IMG/VR virus record: IMGVR_UViG_3300032236_001478
Location: 17,624-81,623 of that record
Length of the DNA stretch: 64,000 nt
Reading direction: 5' to 3' (one strand)
DNA from: a virus
Shown: piece after piece, positions 49,101-58,528 of the stretch
How the letters are laid out: the number at the start of each line of letters is the position of its first letter
Position numbering within the stretch: the stretch's first letter is position 1
Notes under the pieces: generated by a model
The model's input: the letters and a program-made list of their open reading frames with translations, nothing else
Databases searched by the model: none
What the model was told of the DNA's origin: nothing
Position numbers and translations under genes: made by a program

Positions 49101-50132
49101 TATGAAAAATATATTGGAACATTAAATGGTAATAATTTAGTATATGCTAATTATTTCTCAAATACTAGTGCACCTGAAAATATATTTACAGCAACAAAAA
49201 AATATTTTGATGCCGCTACTGCAAAATATATTAAATATAAAACAACCTATGGGCCACTATTGCTACCATTATTCTTTTCAAACGATTTGAGGGGGAAAAA
49301 TACTTTAGATGTTAACGATACTACATCTTCAACAGTAACAATTAATCTTATTGGTACCTATAATAAAGGTAGTGAATATCCTGTGTTATTAGATAACTTA
49401 CATAATTCATTAAAAAGTTCATTTGGTAATATTAGTAGTATTAGTAATGCATTAGGTTTTGATAACTTTATGAGTGAATCTGTAATAAAAAGATCTGACA
49501 AAATCATATCAAGTTACTTTCAAAATTTAGTTGAAAATGTCATTTCTACATTAGAGAAAGAAAACACAAACGATATTGATAAAAATAGAAATGCATTTAT
49601 CTCAATTATTGATAAACTTAATTTTATAATGAGCACAAACGGTATAGATGCTCAATTATTGAAAGATTCATCTAAAGCTTTAGAATTATCTGATTTTGAT
49701 GCTGAAGTATTTTTTGGTTATTACAGCGATGTGATAGATCATATTGGTGCTTTTGGCACAGTTTTCAATGATAATTTAGATAATACTATCAATTTTAAAA
49801 CTTCAGGAGCAATAGGTGAAAGCAATTTCTTAATCTTATTATCTAAATTTTGGAAAATTACAGATATAAAAGCATTATATACTGGTTCATCAGATAGTGG
49901 TTTATTTAATGATGACATATTAAACAAAATAACAGATCAGTTAAATTCGTTTAATGAAACAATAACAACAGATGAAATTAATATAGAAAATCCTCCGACA
50001 TTAACGTCATCAGATGATTTTACATACGGTACAACAGATAGCACAATAACTAGCAATCAATTAGATACCCTAAAAGCAATATTCAACACAAAAGACTATA
50101 GCTCAAATTCTTCATTAAATTTTTATAGATGA
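46110..50132 (+). CDS. Large baseplate/tube-initiator protein
   Basis: FPPYDIKFNES..AKW....LGRTEPVYTYQNAER.GTLSF and PPICVLRVGDFF..KVII motifs of gp48/gp54-like domains. Late motif at 46088-95. Confidence 0.7.
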   Translation: MPTHLDFDGTNSFRSKLIARTLPSPNGPQTYTSTNYNFGTLSDYSDIKQGPIDALEPSKVKQYGTLNTYKPDQYFIKDRLEELPRRANLNLYPYFVANNDNTLIGVLNSKSYDNESELFKFAAKYITTDSNGPIAARVQQNTISNNINGASSLETFTNNSSSVTGALTGKQPLVPQNYGITVDNSANSNGNNQDFMEVLSGKKSPFAEIPGQYLDIPNNPVRYTTPQAIPLRVTDSKDPSQPASFSPTPTVGTAAAGLASSLLQDITSVVSSLVGIPPQLTSPFPSDLLIQYMGSGQQQVLFNNLSYSYYRPDYTVVGTSKNGILPPVGYAYVGDDTYEDVRYAMSDFNGTQIRSSYYLSLMFDPLQAELFQTEKNITQGGKVSGNLTWISNNSDFSLLGKNNAEWNAQSSQYIESLSGTYSFRGESILNKTQQILNAKPKGTEGKTHVGNVIDQTSRVFREGDRYMSRGSAVQYVSSYTKQPSGVEYGRVWTKDRPYMHNSDTMKNSSLLRKFNDSILDSPYNLNIGPMSNGNKSFENSSNIKNGVATKYMLSIENLAWKTSNRKGFTYSDLPFSERGPNGGRVMWFPPYDIKFNESLSAKWEPNVFLGRTEPVYTYQNAERDGTLSFKIVVDHPSILNVMRDKFFSDKGIFTQEEIENYFVSFFAGCEKLDFYSIIRKYTSLDQSDAEAIQQYLQYFKDNKKSDTYYKTKFTQTAGQIVSKAPTSMVSAEVLTTASTGLNVVNTAIQGASVNANTGFASYASVAANSTNVSLDIEKETVTKAPPTDQLKKLIMKTLSEDFYFKQLESTDPIVFSSLKEKLKYFHPGFHSTTPEGLNSRLTFLHQCTRPGDTIPVKSNNVDNSNLDARNTTFGPPPICVLRVGDFFNSKVIIKSIQLQYENSLFDLNPEGIGVQPMIADVTMNISFIGGQGLKEPVAQLQNALSFNFYGNTEVYDYRSTATEDRSKFNISELEKFVMNTPKTPKIASVPQSPDSPIYEKYIGTLNGNNLVYANYFSNTSAPENIFTATKKYFDAATAKYIKYKTTYGPLLLPLFFSNDLRGKNTLDVNDTTSSTVTINLIGTYNKGSEYPVLLDNLHNSLKSSFGNISSISNALGFDNFMSESVIKRSDKIISSYFQNLVENVISTLEKENTNDIDKNRNAFISIIDKLNFIMSTNGIDAQLLKDSSKALELSDFDAEVFFGYYSDVIDHIGAFGTVFNDNLDNTINFKTSGAIGESNFLILLSKFWKITDIKALYTGSSDSGLFNDDILNKITDQLNSFNETITTDEINIENPPTLTSSDDFTYGTTDSTITSNQLDTLKAIFNTKDYSSNSSLNFYR

Positions 50133-50455
50133 GTAACCAATATTATGATAGATACCAAGATTTTGTAGTTGATGGTGAATTTTTAATTATACCCGGTATA
50201 CAAATACCATTAAAGTCAACTGACCAATTTATACAATATAAAAAAGGAATTGATAGATTGGATAAAATATCTCAAGACAGGTATAATACACCATTATTTA
50301 GTTGGTTAATTATGTTAGCAAATCCATCGGCTGGGCCTACAGAATTTGAGATACCAGATAATACAACATTAAGGATACCTTTTCCTCTAATTAATACTTT
50401 ACAAGATTATAAAAAAGCTGTAGAGTTGTATAAATTATACTATGGCGAACAGTAA
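50129..50455 (+). CDS. LysM-like baseplate wedge protein (gp53/gpX-like)
   Basis: DRLDKISQDRY..P..SWLIMLANP.....IP..TTLRIP. Confidence 0.8.
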   Translation: MSNQYYDRYQDFVVDGEFLIIPGIQIPLKSTDQFIQYKKGIDRLDKISQDRYNTPLFSWLIMLANPSAGPTEFEIPDNTTLRIPFPLINTLQDYKKAVELYKLYYGEQ

Positions 50456-53400
50456 TATTAATAATAGTGATGACATATATGTAAAGGTTGATGTAAATAA
50501 TTTAGTTCATATTGACCCAGGTGCTTCTGTTGATAAAAGTGGACAAATAACGACTAGAAATGTTGCACAAGAAAACTTAGTAACTTATGTTAATCTAGAA
50601 GCAGATTTAATTCCTAGAACGACTTTCTTCGCTGACGGAGAAAAAAGTACGTTATTATCCATTGCTGAAGGTAAATTAAATTTTTTAAGAAATACTGACG
50701 GTTCTGATTATGACACAACTTGGTCAGAAGCATTTTATCCAAAACCAGAAAACCAAAAAAACGGTGCTAATATTGGAAATTATGATAGAACTTCACAAAG
50801 TTTTGGTATTTCCTCAATTAATATGTCAACTAAAGGTCTTAATGGTATTCCTGATGTTACAATTAATTTTATAGATGTAAGGGGTAAAACGTTATTTGAA
50901 GCCCCTAGTAATTCGCCGTATCAATCATTCTTTCATTTACCATGGCCTATATTCTATTTAACAATAAAAGGATATTATGGTAAAGCGATTCGTTATAGAT
51001 TACACTTAGTTGAATTCTCAAGTAAATTTAATGGTAATAATGGAAATTTTGAAATTACTACTAAATTTTTAGGATCTACTTTTACATATTTGAACGACAT
51101 TAAGTTACAAAATATGATGGTGGCACCTTATATGTATCTAGTTGAAACAGCTAATGAGCCATATAAACAAAACTATAGTACAGGTTTAGTTGATGTCACA
51201 ATATCTAGAACAACAAAAGGCTATCAAGTTTTAAAATCTGTTTATGATGAGTACAAAGCTAAAAAATTAATCCCACAAGACTTTCCTGTTAAAACAATTA
51301 ATGAGCTTCTAATTAATGCTCAGTCTGCTGAGAGATTATTAGAAACTGAAATATTTGAAAATACTGTTGATTTTAAAGTTTTAGGTAGTATAAAAGAATT
51401 TGAAAAGATTATTAATAATTTTGCTTCGGCAATCAATACTTGGGGTAACTCTTATTTAGATTTAAAACATCCACAAATTATTGATAATGTTCAGTATTTT
51501 CCTTTAAATAAAGCTGCTAGCGAAGCAGATAAAACAGGTAACAATGGTCAACCAACATTAGATAGTATTACTAGTACTGTACAAAAGGGGGCACTTAATC
51601 AGATTATTGAATTATATAAAACACAAGCAGAAACAAATCTTGCTTTTGGAAAAGCATTTGATCCGAAACTTATTAAAGATAAAGATATTACATTAAAACA
51701 AATATTATTTGACAAATATTTGATTAATCAATATTACACATTAACACCAGAACTTAATGGTAAGTATGGGGTAGCAATAACAGTATTGTTAGATGAAATT
51801 AATTTAATTAACAAAGAATTTATTTCACAAAAGAATAGTCTGCAGGATAAATTAGAAGCTAAGATGAATAGTATTCTTAAAAATTCTAAAGGTGGTTTAG
51901 GATTTACACCAACTATTAGAAATATTTTCGCAGTTATTTTGGCTAGTGCTGATACGTACATTAGATTAATGAAAGATGTACATTCTAAAGCTATTGAGAA
52001 ATCTAAAGATAGACAAATTAAAGTTAATGGTAGTAAATTAGCGGATGGTTCAATAGAAGGTTTATATCCTTGGCCTCAGATTAAGAAAAAGACAAATGAT
52101 GGAACAGCAATTCTTATGTATCCTGGTGATCCAGATATTGCAGGACAATTAGATGCTACTAATCCAACAATGTGGCCTGAAATTGAATTCATAGAATTAT
52201 ATGAAAGTATTGCAACAAAAAGATCTGACCCATTAACTGGCAATGATATCGATTTGAGCAAATTAAACTTTGTATTTGAAGACGATAAATCGGTTAGAGA
52301 TAGTAATAATGTTTCAACATTATTAAATTTGTCAGACATTTATCCATATAGCGATAAGACTATGGCAAATTTAGTGTATGAAATTTATGAAAGAATTTTT
52401 TATATGACTTCATACGATTCATTTTCTACATTAGCTAATCTTAATCTTAGAGATAAAGAGGTAGAAACAATTAAAAATTCGTTAGATGATGACGAAGATT
52501 TAAAAACACAAATAATTGCTATTGCTAAATCTGGATCAACATCATATATTCACACATTTTTACAAAGTTATTCCCCATTTGAAAGATACCCATATGTTGA
52601 AGAGTATTTACCAACTGTTGATTATATAAAACAATATGTTGAAAATGGTGATTATTTAATTGAACCATATGTGAACTTAATTCAAAAAACATATAGCGAT
52701 AATGGTTATACCGATTTTGAGAACGAATTGAATAAATATGACCCAGAGGATTATAGGTATAATATTTATCCGTTTAACTCAAATACATATCAATCTTATT
52801 TAGGTAGAGCTTTAAGAAAAGAGGATTTTAAATTTACAGGGTTATTATCAGTTAATGCAAGAGATTCATTTATTTCATCTCAAATATATCCAGCTTTATG
52901 GGTAAAAGATAATTTTGTTGATAATTTATTTTCTAATAGTATTAAATTAAGTGGTCTTACAGATACAATTACAAGAAATATTTTAAATACCCCATATTTT
53001 CATAAACAACTTTCAAATGATTTTTATAGTGGTGGCAGTGTTGGTAGATACGCTGGGTCAGCTTATTTACTTTTAAATTCATTACCATTTCATGATTTAG
53101 ATGAAGTAATAACATCAGATAGTGGCTCTTCAATTCTTATGTCATCCATGTTTAAAGAAATAGGTTCATCCCATTTTTTACCATATCATATGATTTTAAA
53201 ATGGGGTTCAATCTACCATAGATACAAGAATTATATTTTAAACGGTGTTGACATTATAAATGGTTCAACTATTCCAATTGATGGAAAAACATATTTTAAC
53301 GATCAAAATAGTGGAATCACATTTTCATATAGTGGGTATTCTAAAAATTCTTCAGCTGTAGATACATATGAAACATACATAAGCGGTACAACAATTTATA

Positions 53401-56240
53401 GTGATAATACAACACCAAATGATGCTGTATATTATCAAAATACTATAGGTCTTTATCCATATTATCAAAATGTTTATAATCAAATAGTTAATGGATCACT
53501 TTTATTTTATCCTGGACAAACGCCAAGTGAAAATGAAAAATTCGGGGATTTAATAGTGAATAGCAATACTGCTGCAGTTAATTTTAACAAAGCAGCTAGT
53601 GACGGTGTAATTAACTTTTTTACGAGAAATCCAAATGCAAGTAAAGGTTTATTAGTTTCATGTTATTCAAATAACTTCAAAATTAATGTGGGTGATTTAA
53701 CATATACATTATTACCATCATATGGCGATAACATATCATATAATTTAGTTGAATACAATAATGAATATGAACAAGACGCATTTAAAATAATTTGGTCAAC
53801 GGAAGATCAAACTAATATAATATCTGCACCATCAACTAATTTACCTAATTATAGTGGTAATAGTATGCCATCTTATAATCAATATTTTAAGAATATTGCG
53901 GATGGTACATATACTATGAGTTCAAATAATAGAAAGGTTATAGATTTAATTGCAACATTTAGCCCTTCAATGTTGGATGACTTTGAACAAATGTTTTTAG
54001 ATTTTACAACCTTAAAATTAACCACTAATGCGGTTTCAAAAAACCCATACAAGTATAGTAATTTTCAAGACTTATTGAAAGCAATATCATCAGTATCTAT
54101 TTCAGATGTGACTGAAAATGATATTACAACTTTTGTAACTGCTCAAAATAAAAATTTAACAGCTATTACAAAAACAATATTAAGTAATGATAACTTAGTT
54201 AAGTTTACAATAGGTAATCCAAAACAAATTGACAATTATGTTTTATATGGTGTTTCTGGAATAAATCCAAAGTACCTTAATAATATAAATCAATATTCAA
54301 GTTCACAATTAACACAAGATAATCTAAAGTATATAAAATTATATATTGGTGAAGATTTAGAAGGATATTATCAGCAGTATTTTGCATTAATGAATATTGA
54401 GATTAATCAAGAAAACATTAAAGCACATAGACAACTTGCAAGAATATATGCAGGATATATGGCTAGCAATGCAAGAGAAAATAGTCATTTTGTTACAACA
54501 ACAACAGCGTTCCAAAGTTATTTAAAAACAGAAATTGTTATACCTCATCAAACAAGGTTTTTAGACTTATTTAATAACTTATTAAATAAGATAGCTAAAG
54601 AGCTACCACCAAAACCTAGACAGGCGGTGACACCAACTCATGGGTACAATACTGAAAAAACTACAAAATTAGAAACTTATAATTTCTTTAAAGAATTTAA
54701 TGATAAATGGATTGGTGGTAATTCAATAGGTCAGAATCCAATTTTAGAAGATTTTTTATTTTTAGATAGAGCTAATGCTGATATTGGGGACCAACTATAC
54801 TTAAGTTTAACTAGATTAGTACCACTTGGTGATGCAAAGAATGCTAAAAAAAGTTTATTTAGTATTATTAGTATTTTGATTAATGGTGAAAATATTGACT
54901 TTAGACCTTTACCGGCTTATGTTAATTTTTATGGTACTAATTTTACAAACACTAAAAAAGTTTCATCAGCAAAAGATGTTGCTAAAAATTTATTTGGTAC
55001 GTTTTTAGAAGTGGATTACCAAGATTCACAACCTAAGATGCTTTTACAATATATTGGACCAGTTTCAAAATATCTACCAATAAATCAAATTAGTAATAAG
55101 TTCAAATATAAGTCAGATGGTTTTAATATTAATAATATTACTCCAAACCCTTTATTAATATCACAACAACAATTCGCTGCGCAAGATTATTCAAAATCAA
55201 ATAGAGTAGTAGGGTTTGAAATTAATTTTGGGGATCAAGGTAATAGTATGTTTAAATCATTTACAGTAGATCAAACATCTAAAACACCAACATCTGCAAC
55301 ATTCGAAGCGTATGAAGCGTTAGGTAGATCTGCTTCTGGTTCTAATACTGCTGAGGTTGATGTAAATTTATATGATGTTTATAGAACATATTCATATACT
55401 TGTGAGGTGACAGCTTTAGGTAATGTTATGATACAACCAACTATGTATTTTCATTTGAATAACATACCACTGTTTGAAGGGACTTATTTAATTATGGAAG
55501 TGCACCATGAAATTAGTGCTGGTGTTTTAAATACTAAATTTAAAGGTGTAAAAATGCCAATAGATAAGTTACCTCAATTACAAGATAGTTTTATTGCAGC
55601 ATATAGACCATTATTTGATAAATTACTTAACGCTGCGTTTACTAAAAAACAAACAGCAACGAATGTTCCAACAACCATTAAAACATATGCAATTAATGGT
55701 AAAAATACTGATATAGATTTTGGTACACAAAATATAACAGGGGAAGAATTAGTTGATAATTCATCTGGTTATTTAAATGGAATACCTTATAATGGACAAG
55801 ATGGTGAATCGCATGTACAATTAGTTAAATTTAATAATTCACAGTGGTTGAGAGCTGTGGTTGGATTTATGGGATTTGATTATGCGATACCAGATAATAA
55901 TGATATGACAGTTTTAACTGTGAAATCAGGTAAAGCAGTAAAATGGTCACATATTAAAGGACCTCTTACAGATTTTTATTCTTGTAGATTCAACTTTAAT
56001 GATACTGCACCACAAAATATTAAGGGAATGAAGTTCTTTAATCCAAGAAATAGTAAAGTTGATCCAATTTATGTTGAAAATACTTACGATTCTGTAAAGG
56101 ACTTATATTATGGAGCGGTTGACAATGCTTTACCACAAACAACAGATAAAGGAGTTGGTATTGGAATTGCAATGTCCAAGTCATTAATGCTTAAATTAAA
56201 GGTTAATACTGGAGATGTTGTGTATTTTAACATAAACTAA
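50442..56240 (+). CDS. Very large baseplate hub protein (gp27/gpD-like ends with large insertion)
   Basis: N-terminal FGISSIN...PDVTINFIDVRG and FYLTIKGYYG. C-terminal YTCEVTALGNVMIQPTMYF......FEGTYLIMEVHHEI. Confidence 0.7.
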   Translation: MANSNINNSDDIYVKVDVNNLVHIDPGASVDKSGQITTRNVAQENLVTYVNLEADLIPRTTFFADGEKSTLLSIAEGKLNFLRNTDGSDYDTTWSEAFYPKPENQKNGANIGNYDRTSQSFGISSINMSTKGLNGIPDVTINFIDVRGKTLFEAPSNSPYQSFFHLPWPIFYLTIKGYYGKAIRYRLHLVEFSSKFNGNNGNFEITTKFLGSTFTYLNDIKLQNMMVAPYMYLVETANEPYKQNYSTGLVDVTISRTTKGYQVLKSVYDEYKAKKLIPQDFPVKTINELLINAQSAERLLETEIFENTVDFKVLGSIKEFEKIINNFASAINTWGNSYLDLKHPQIIDNVQYFPLNKAASEADKTGNNGQPTLDSITSTVQKGALNQIIELYKTQAETNLAFGKAFDPKLIKDKDITLKQILFDKYLINQYYTLTPELNGKYGVAITVLLDEINLINKEFISQKNSLQDKLEAKMNSILKNSKGGLGFTPTIRNIFAVILASADTYIRLMKDVHSKAIEKSKDRQIKVNGSKLADGSIEGLYPWPQIKKKTNDGTAILMYPGDPDIAGQLDATNPTMWPEIEFIELYESIATKRSDPLTGNDIDLSKLNFVFEDDKSVRDSNNVSTLLNLSDIYPYSDKTMANLVYEIYERIFYMTSYDSFSTLANLNLRDKEVETIKNSLDDDEDLKTQIIAIAKSGSTSYIHTFLQSYSPFERYPYVEEYLPTVDYIKQYVENGDYLIEPYVNLIQKTYSDNGYTDFENELNKYDPEDYRYNIYPFNSNTYQSYLGRALRKEDFKFTGLLSVNARDSFISSQIYPALWVKDNFVDNLFSNSIKLSGLTDTITRNILNTPYFHKQLSNDFYSGGSVGRYAGSAYLLLNSLPFHDLDEVITSDSGSSILMSSMFKEIGSSHFLPYHMILKWGSIYHRYKNYILNGVDIINGSTIPIDGKTYFNDQNSGITFSYSGYSKNSSAVDTYETYISGTTIYSDNTTPNDAVYYQNTIGLYPYYQNVYNQIVNGSLLFYPGQTPSENEKFGDLIVNSNTAAVNFNKAASDGVINFFTRNPNASKGLLVSCYSNNFKINVGDLTYTLLPSYGDNISYNLVEYNNEYEQDAFKIIWSTEDQTNIISAPSTNLPNYSGNSMPSYNQYFKNIADGTYTMSSNNRKVIDLIATFSPSMLDDFEQMFLDFTTLKLTTNAVSKNPYKYSNFQDLLKAISSVSISDVTENDITTFVTAQNKNLTAITKTILSNDNLVKFTIGNPKQIDNYVLYGVSGINPKYLNNINQYSSSQLTQDNLKYIKLYIGEDLEGYYQQYFALMNIEINQENIKAHRQLARIYAGYMASNARENSHFVTTTTAFQSYLKTEIVIPHQTRFLDLFNNLLNKIAKELPPKPRQAVTPTHGYNTEKTTKLETYNFFKEFNDKWIGGNSIGQNPILEDFLFLDRANADIGDQLYLSLTRLVPLGDAKNAKKSLFSIISILINGENIDFRPLPAYVNFYGTNFTNTKKVSSAKDVAKNLFGTFLEVDYQDSQPKMLLQYIGPVSKYLPINQISNKFKYKSDGFNINNITPNPLLISQQQFAAQDYSKSNRVVGFEINFGDQGNSMFKSFTVDQTSKTPTSATFEAYEALGRSASGSNTAEVDVNLYDVYRTYSYTCEVTALGNVMIQPTMYFHLNNIPLFEGTYLIMEVHHEISAGVLNTKFKGVKMPIDKLPQLQDSFIAAYRPLFDKLLNAAFTKKQTATNVPTTIKTYAINGKNTDIDFGTQNITGEELVDNSSGYLNGIPYNGQDGESHVQLVKFNNSQWLRAVVGFMGFDYAIPDNNDMTVLTVKSGKAVKWSHIKGPLTDFYSCRFNFNDTAPQNIKGMKFFNPRNSKVDPIYVENTYDSVKDLYYGAVDNALPQTTDKGVGIGIAMSKSLMLKLKVNTGDVVYFNIN

Positions 56241-56282
56241 TGAAATTATACATTTTCTGGATATTTATATAAAAAACCAAAT

Positions 56283-56486
56283 ATGGAAAACAATAATTTA
56301 AGAAGTACCGTGGATCAATTTCTTAGCCCTAAACAAGTTAAAAGAACATCACAAGACGGTATGGAAAGAGAAGAATGTGATTTATTAACAGGAGAATGTT
56401 ATACAATCAGAGAAAAAGACGGAATAGTAGAAAGAATAAATAAAAAATACGTTACAAACGACGGTAGACAATTATTACAAGATTAA
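56283..56486 (+). CDS. Small hypothetical late protein
   Basis: ECDLLTGEC...DGIVERI.K...T.DGRQLL. Late motif at 56262-69. Confidence 0.7.
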   Translation: MENNNLRSTVDQFLSPKQVKRTSQDGMEREECDLLTGECYTIREKDGIVERINKKYVTNDGRQLLQD

Positions 56487-56489
56487 ACC

Positions 56490-57158
56490 ATGCTAGAGAA
56501 AAAACTATTAGAAGAAGTAAACAGGTACAAAAGTATTAACAAATACGCAGCGAACCTTTTAAATGAACAAGCGGTACCTCCAGCACCACCAGCAGGTGAT
56601 GAACCAGGCGCAACACCTCCAGCTGAGGATGCTCCGGCTCCAGGTTTAGGTGGTGACGTACCACCAGCAGGAGAAGCTGCGCCAGAAGCAACAGACATGC
56701 CACCAGCTACAGGTGCAACTGAAGATAACTCAACAGAAGAAGTTGATATTACTGATTTAGTTAATATGACTAAAAATATCAAAAAAGAATTAGAAACTAA
56801 TAAAACAGATAATAGCGGTGTTATTAGTAAAATGGACGATGTATTCAATAAAATAACAGAATTAGAAGGTAAGTTAGGCGAAATGGATAACATTATTGCT
56901 AAGATTGATCAACTAGGTGTTAAAATTGAAGAAATGAAACCAAAATCTCCAGTTGAGAAACTTGAAATGCGTTCTTTGGATTCATATCCATTTAACGAAA
57001 AACCAGACCAATTTTTTACACAAAAACAAGCAGAAATGCAAGCAAGTGGTAAAAATGAATATGTTTTGACTAAAGATGATGTAACTAATTATTCTAGAGA
57101 TCAAATCGCTAAAACTTTTACTCCAAACCAAGATGACGAATATGAAGCTAGGTACTGA
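56490..57158 (+). CDS. Hypothetical protein, putative head-internal
   Basis: N-terminal KLLEEVNRYKSI...LLNE, Pro/Ala-rich region, coiled coil, KLEMRSLDSYPFN. Confidence 0.7.
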   Translation: MLEKKLLEEVNRYKSINKYAANLLNEQAVPPAPPAGDEPGATPPAEDAPAPGLGGDVPPAGEAAPEATDMPPATGATEDNSTEEVDITDLVNMTKNIKKELETNKTDNSGVISKMDDVFNKITELEGKLGEMDNIIAKIDQLGVKIEEMKPKSPVEKLEMRSLDSYPFNEKPDQFFTQKQAEMQASGKNEYVLTKDDVTNYSRDQIAKTFTPNQDDEYEARY

Positions 57159-57516
57159 TATTCATGATTTGATGGAATACCATCAACAAATTAAAATTTT
57201 ACATTGGCAAACCGAAGGTTATGCTAGACATAAAGCATTTGATAGTGCTTATGAAGAATTAGGTGATTTAATTGATAAATTTGCTGAAGTTGCTATGGGC
57301 AAATATGGTAGATTTGTATTAGAAAATAATGACAAATCATTAAAACTTAAAAATTTATCAGAAATTCACATTATTGATTTCTTACAAGAGATAAAACATT
57401 TTCTAATTGGACTTACAGATGAGTATGACCAAAGAAAGGATAGTGATTTATTAAACATTAGAGATGAAATGTTAGGTGAGATTAATCAATTGGTTTACTT
57501 ACTTACATTAAAGTAA
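57142..57516 (+). CDS. Ferritin-like/Dps-related protein (DUF5856-like)
   Basis: IKILHWQT..YARHKAFD..YEELGDLIDKFAE...G and LLNIRDEMLGEINQLVYLLTL. Confidence 0.75.
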   Translation: MKLGTDIHDLMEYHQQIKILHWQTEGYARHKAFDSAYEELGDLIDKFAEVAMGKYGRFVLENNDKSLKLKNLSEIHIIDFLQEIKHFLIGLTDEYDQRKDSDLLNIRDEMLGEINQLVYLLTLK

Positions 57517-57538
57517 AAAAATATTTTAAAAATAATTG

Positions 57539-57567
57539 AGGCTTGATTTTGAAATCAGGCCTTTTTT
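57539..57567 (+). terminator. Intrinsic terminator overlapping the SSB promoter
   Basis: AGGCTTGATT-ttga-AATCAGGCCT followed by T5. Confidence 0.85.
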
Positions 57568-57578
57568 ATGTATATTAG
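57548..57578 (+). promoter_or_regulatory. Host-type promoter of the replication operon
   Basis: TTTG-N19-TATATTAG; the -33 box lies in the terminator loop. Confidence 0.65.
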
Positions 57579-57618
57579 TATCCATAGTCACTTATTAATT
57601 AATTTAAATGTAAAAAGT

Positions 57619-58467
57619 ATGTCAGTTTTAGACTCAGTACTAGCACAGTACGAAAAAAACAAACAAGGTGCCAATGCAGGACCTAAAGTAAGTTCAGAAG
57701 AAAGATTAAAGAAGTATTTTGCACCAATCTTACAAGGTGGTAAAACTTCAGGCGAAAAAAGAATTAGAATTTTACCAACTAAAGATGGTTCAACTCCATT
57801 TAAAGAAGTTTGGTTCCACGAAATTCAAGTGGACGGCAAATGGGTAAAATTATATGACCCAGGAAAAAACGAAGGTAAGCGTTCACCTTTAAACGAGGTT
57901 AATGAAGCTTTACGTAGTACTGGTGTTGAGCAAGACAGAGAATTAGCAAAAACATATAATCCTAAAAGATTTTATGTATTAAAAGTTATTGATCGTGATA
58001 ACGAACAAGACGGTGTTAAATTTTGGAGATTTAAACACAACGCAAAAGGTGAAGGTGTTTTAGATAAAATTATTCCTATTTGGAAAAACAAAGGAGATAT
58101 TACAGACCCAGATAAAGGTCGTGATTTAATTATCTCTTTATCTTTAACTAAAAACCCTAAGGGTGGTGAGTATACAAATATCTCATCTATTTTCCCTGAT
58201 GATGCGTCATTATTAAACGCTGACACAGCAAAAGCTGAAGAGTGGTTAAATGATGAATTAACTTGGGCAGACGTTTATTCTAAAAAACCAGAAGAATACT
58301 TAGAAGGTATTGCTAAAGGTTATGTTCCTAAGTGGAGCACTGACGCTAAGAAATGGATTTGGGGTGAAGAAGCTGAAGCTGCTGACTTAGGTGCGGCAAC
58401 AGCATCTGCGGCAATCGTTGCAGACCCACAAGTTGAAGAAGATGTAGATGAAGATCTTCCTTTCTAA
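57619..58467 (+). CDS. ssb: Single-stranded DNA-binding protein (T4 gp32-like)
   Basis: RIRILP...PF..VWFH, KVIDRD....GVKFW.F, DITDPDKGRD, acidic DEDLPF tail. Start at MSVLDSVLAQY. Confidence 0.88.
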   Translation: MSVLDSVLAQYEKNKQGANAGPKVSSEERLKKYFAPILQGGKTSGEKRIRILPTKDGSTPFKEVWFHEIQVDGKWVKLYDPGKNEGKRSPLNEVNEALRSTGVEQDRELAKTYNPKRFYVLKVIDRDNEQDGVKFWRFKHNAKGEGVLDKIIPIWKNKGDITDPDKGRDLIISLSLTKNPKGGEYTNISSIFPDDASLLNADTAKAEEWLNDELTWADVYSKKPEEYLEGIAKGYVPKWSTDAKKWIWGEEAEAADLGAATASAAIVADPQVEEDVDEDLPF

Positions 58468-58481
58468 TTTGAAATAACTAT

Positions 58482-58507
58482 GCATGGGGATAAAACCCCA
58501 TGCTTTT
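58482..58507 (+). terminator. Hairpin/terminator between ssb and uvsX
   Basis: GCATGGGG-ataaaa-CCCCATGC-TTTT. Confidence 0.75.
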
Positions 58508-58528
58508 AAAAAATGTAAACGTAAAATA

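Noticed and set aside
37425-58528. Longer N-termini given by the ORF track (37496, 57568, 58484; also 4543, 18920)
   Set aside because: The extensions overlap promoters, terminators or divergent genes. Downstream ATGs with A-rich context fit better.
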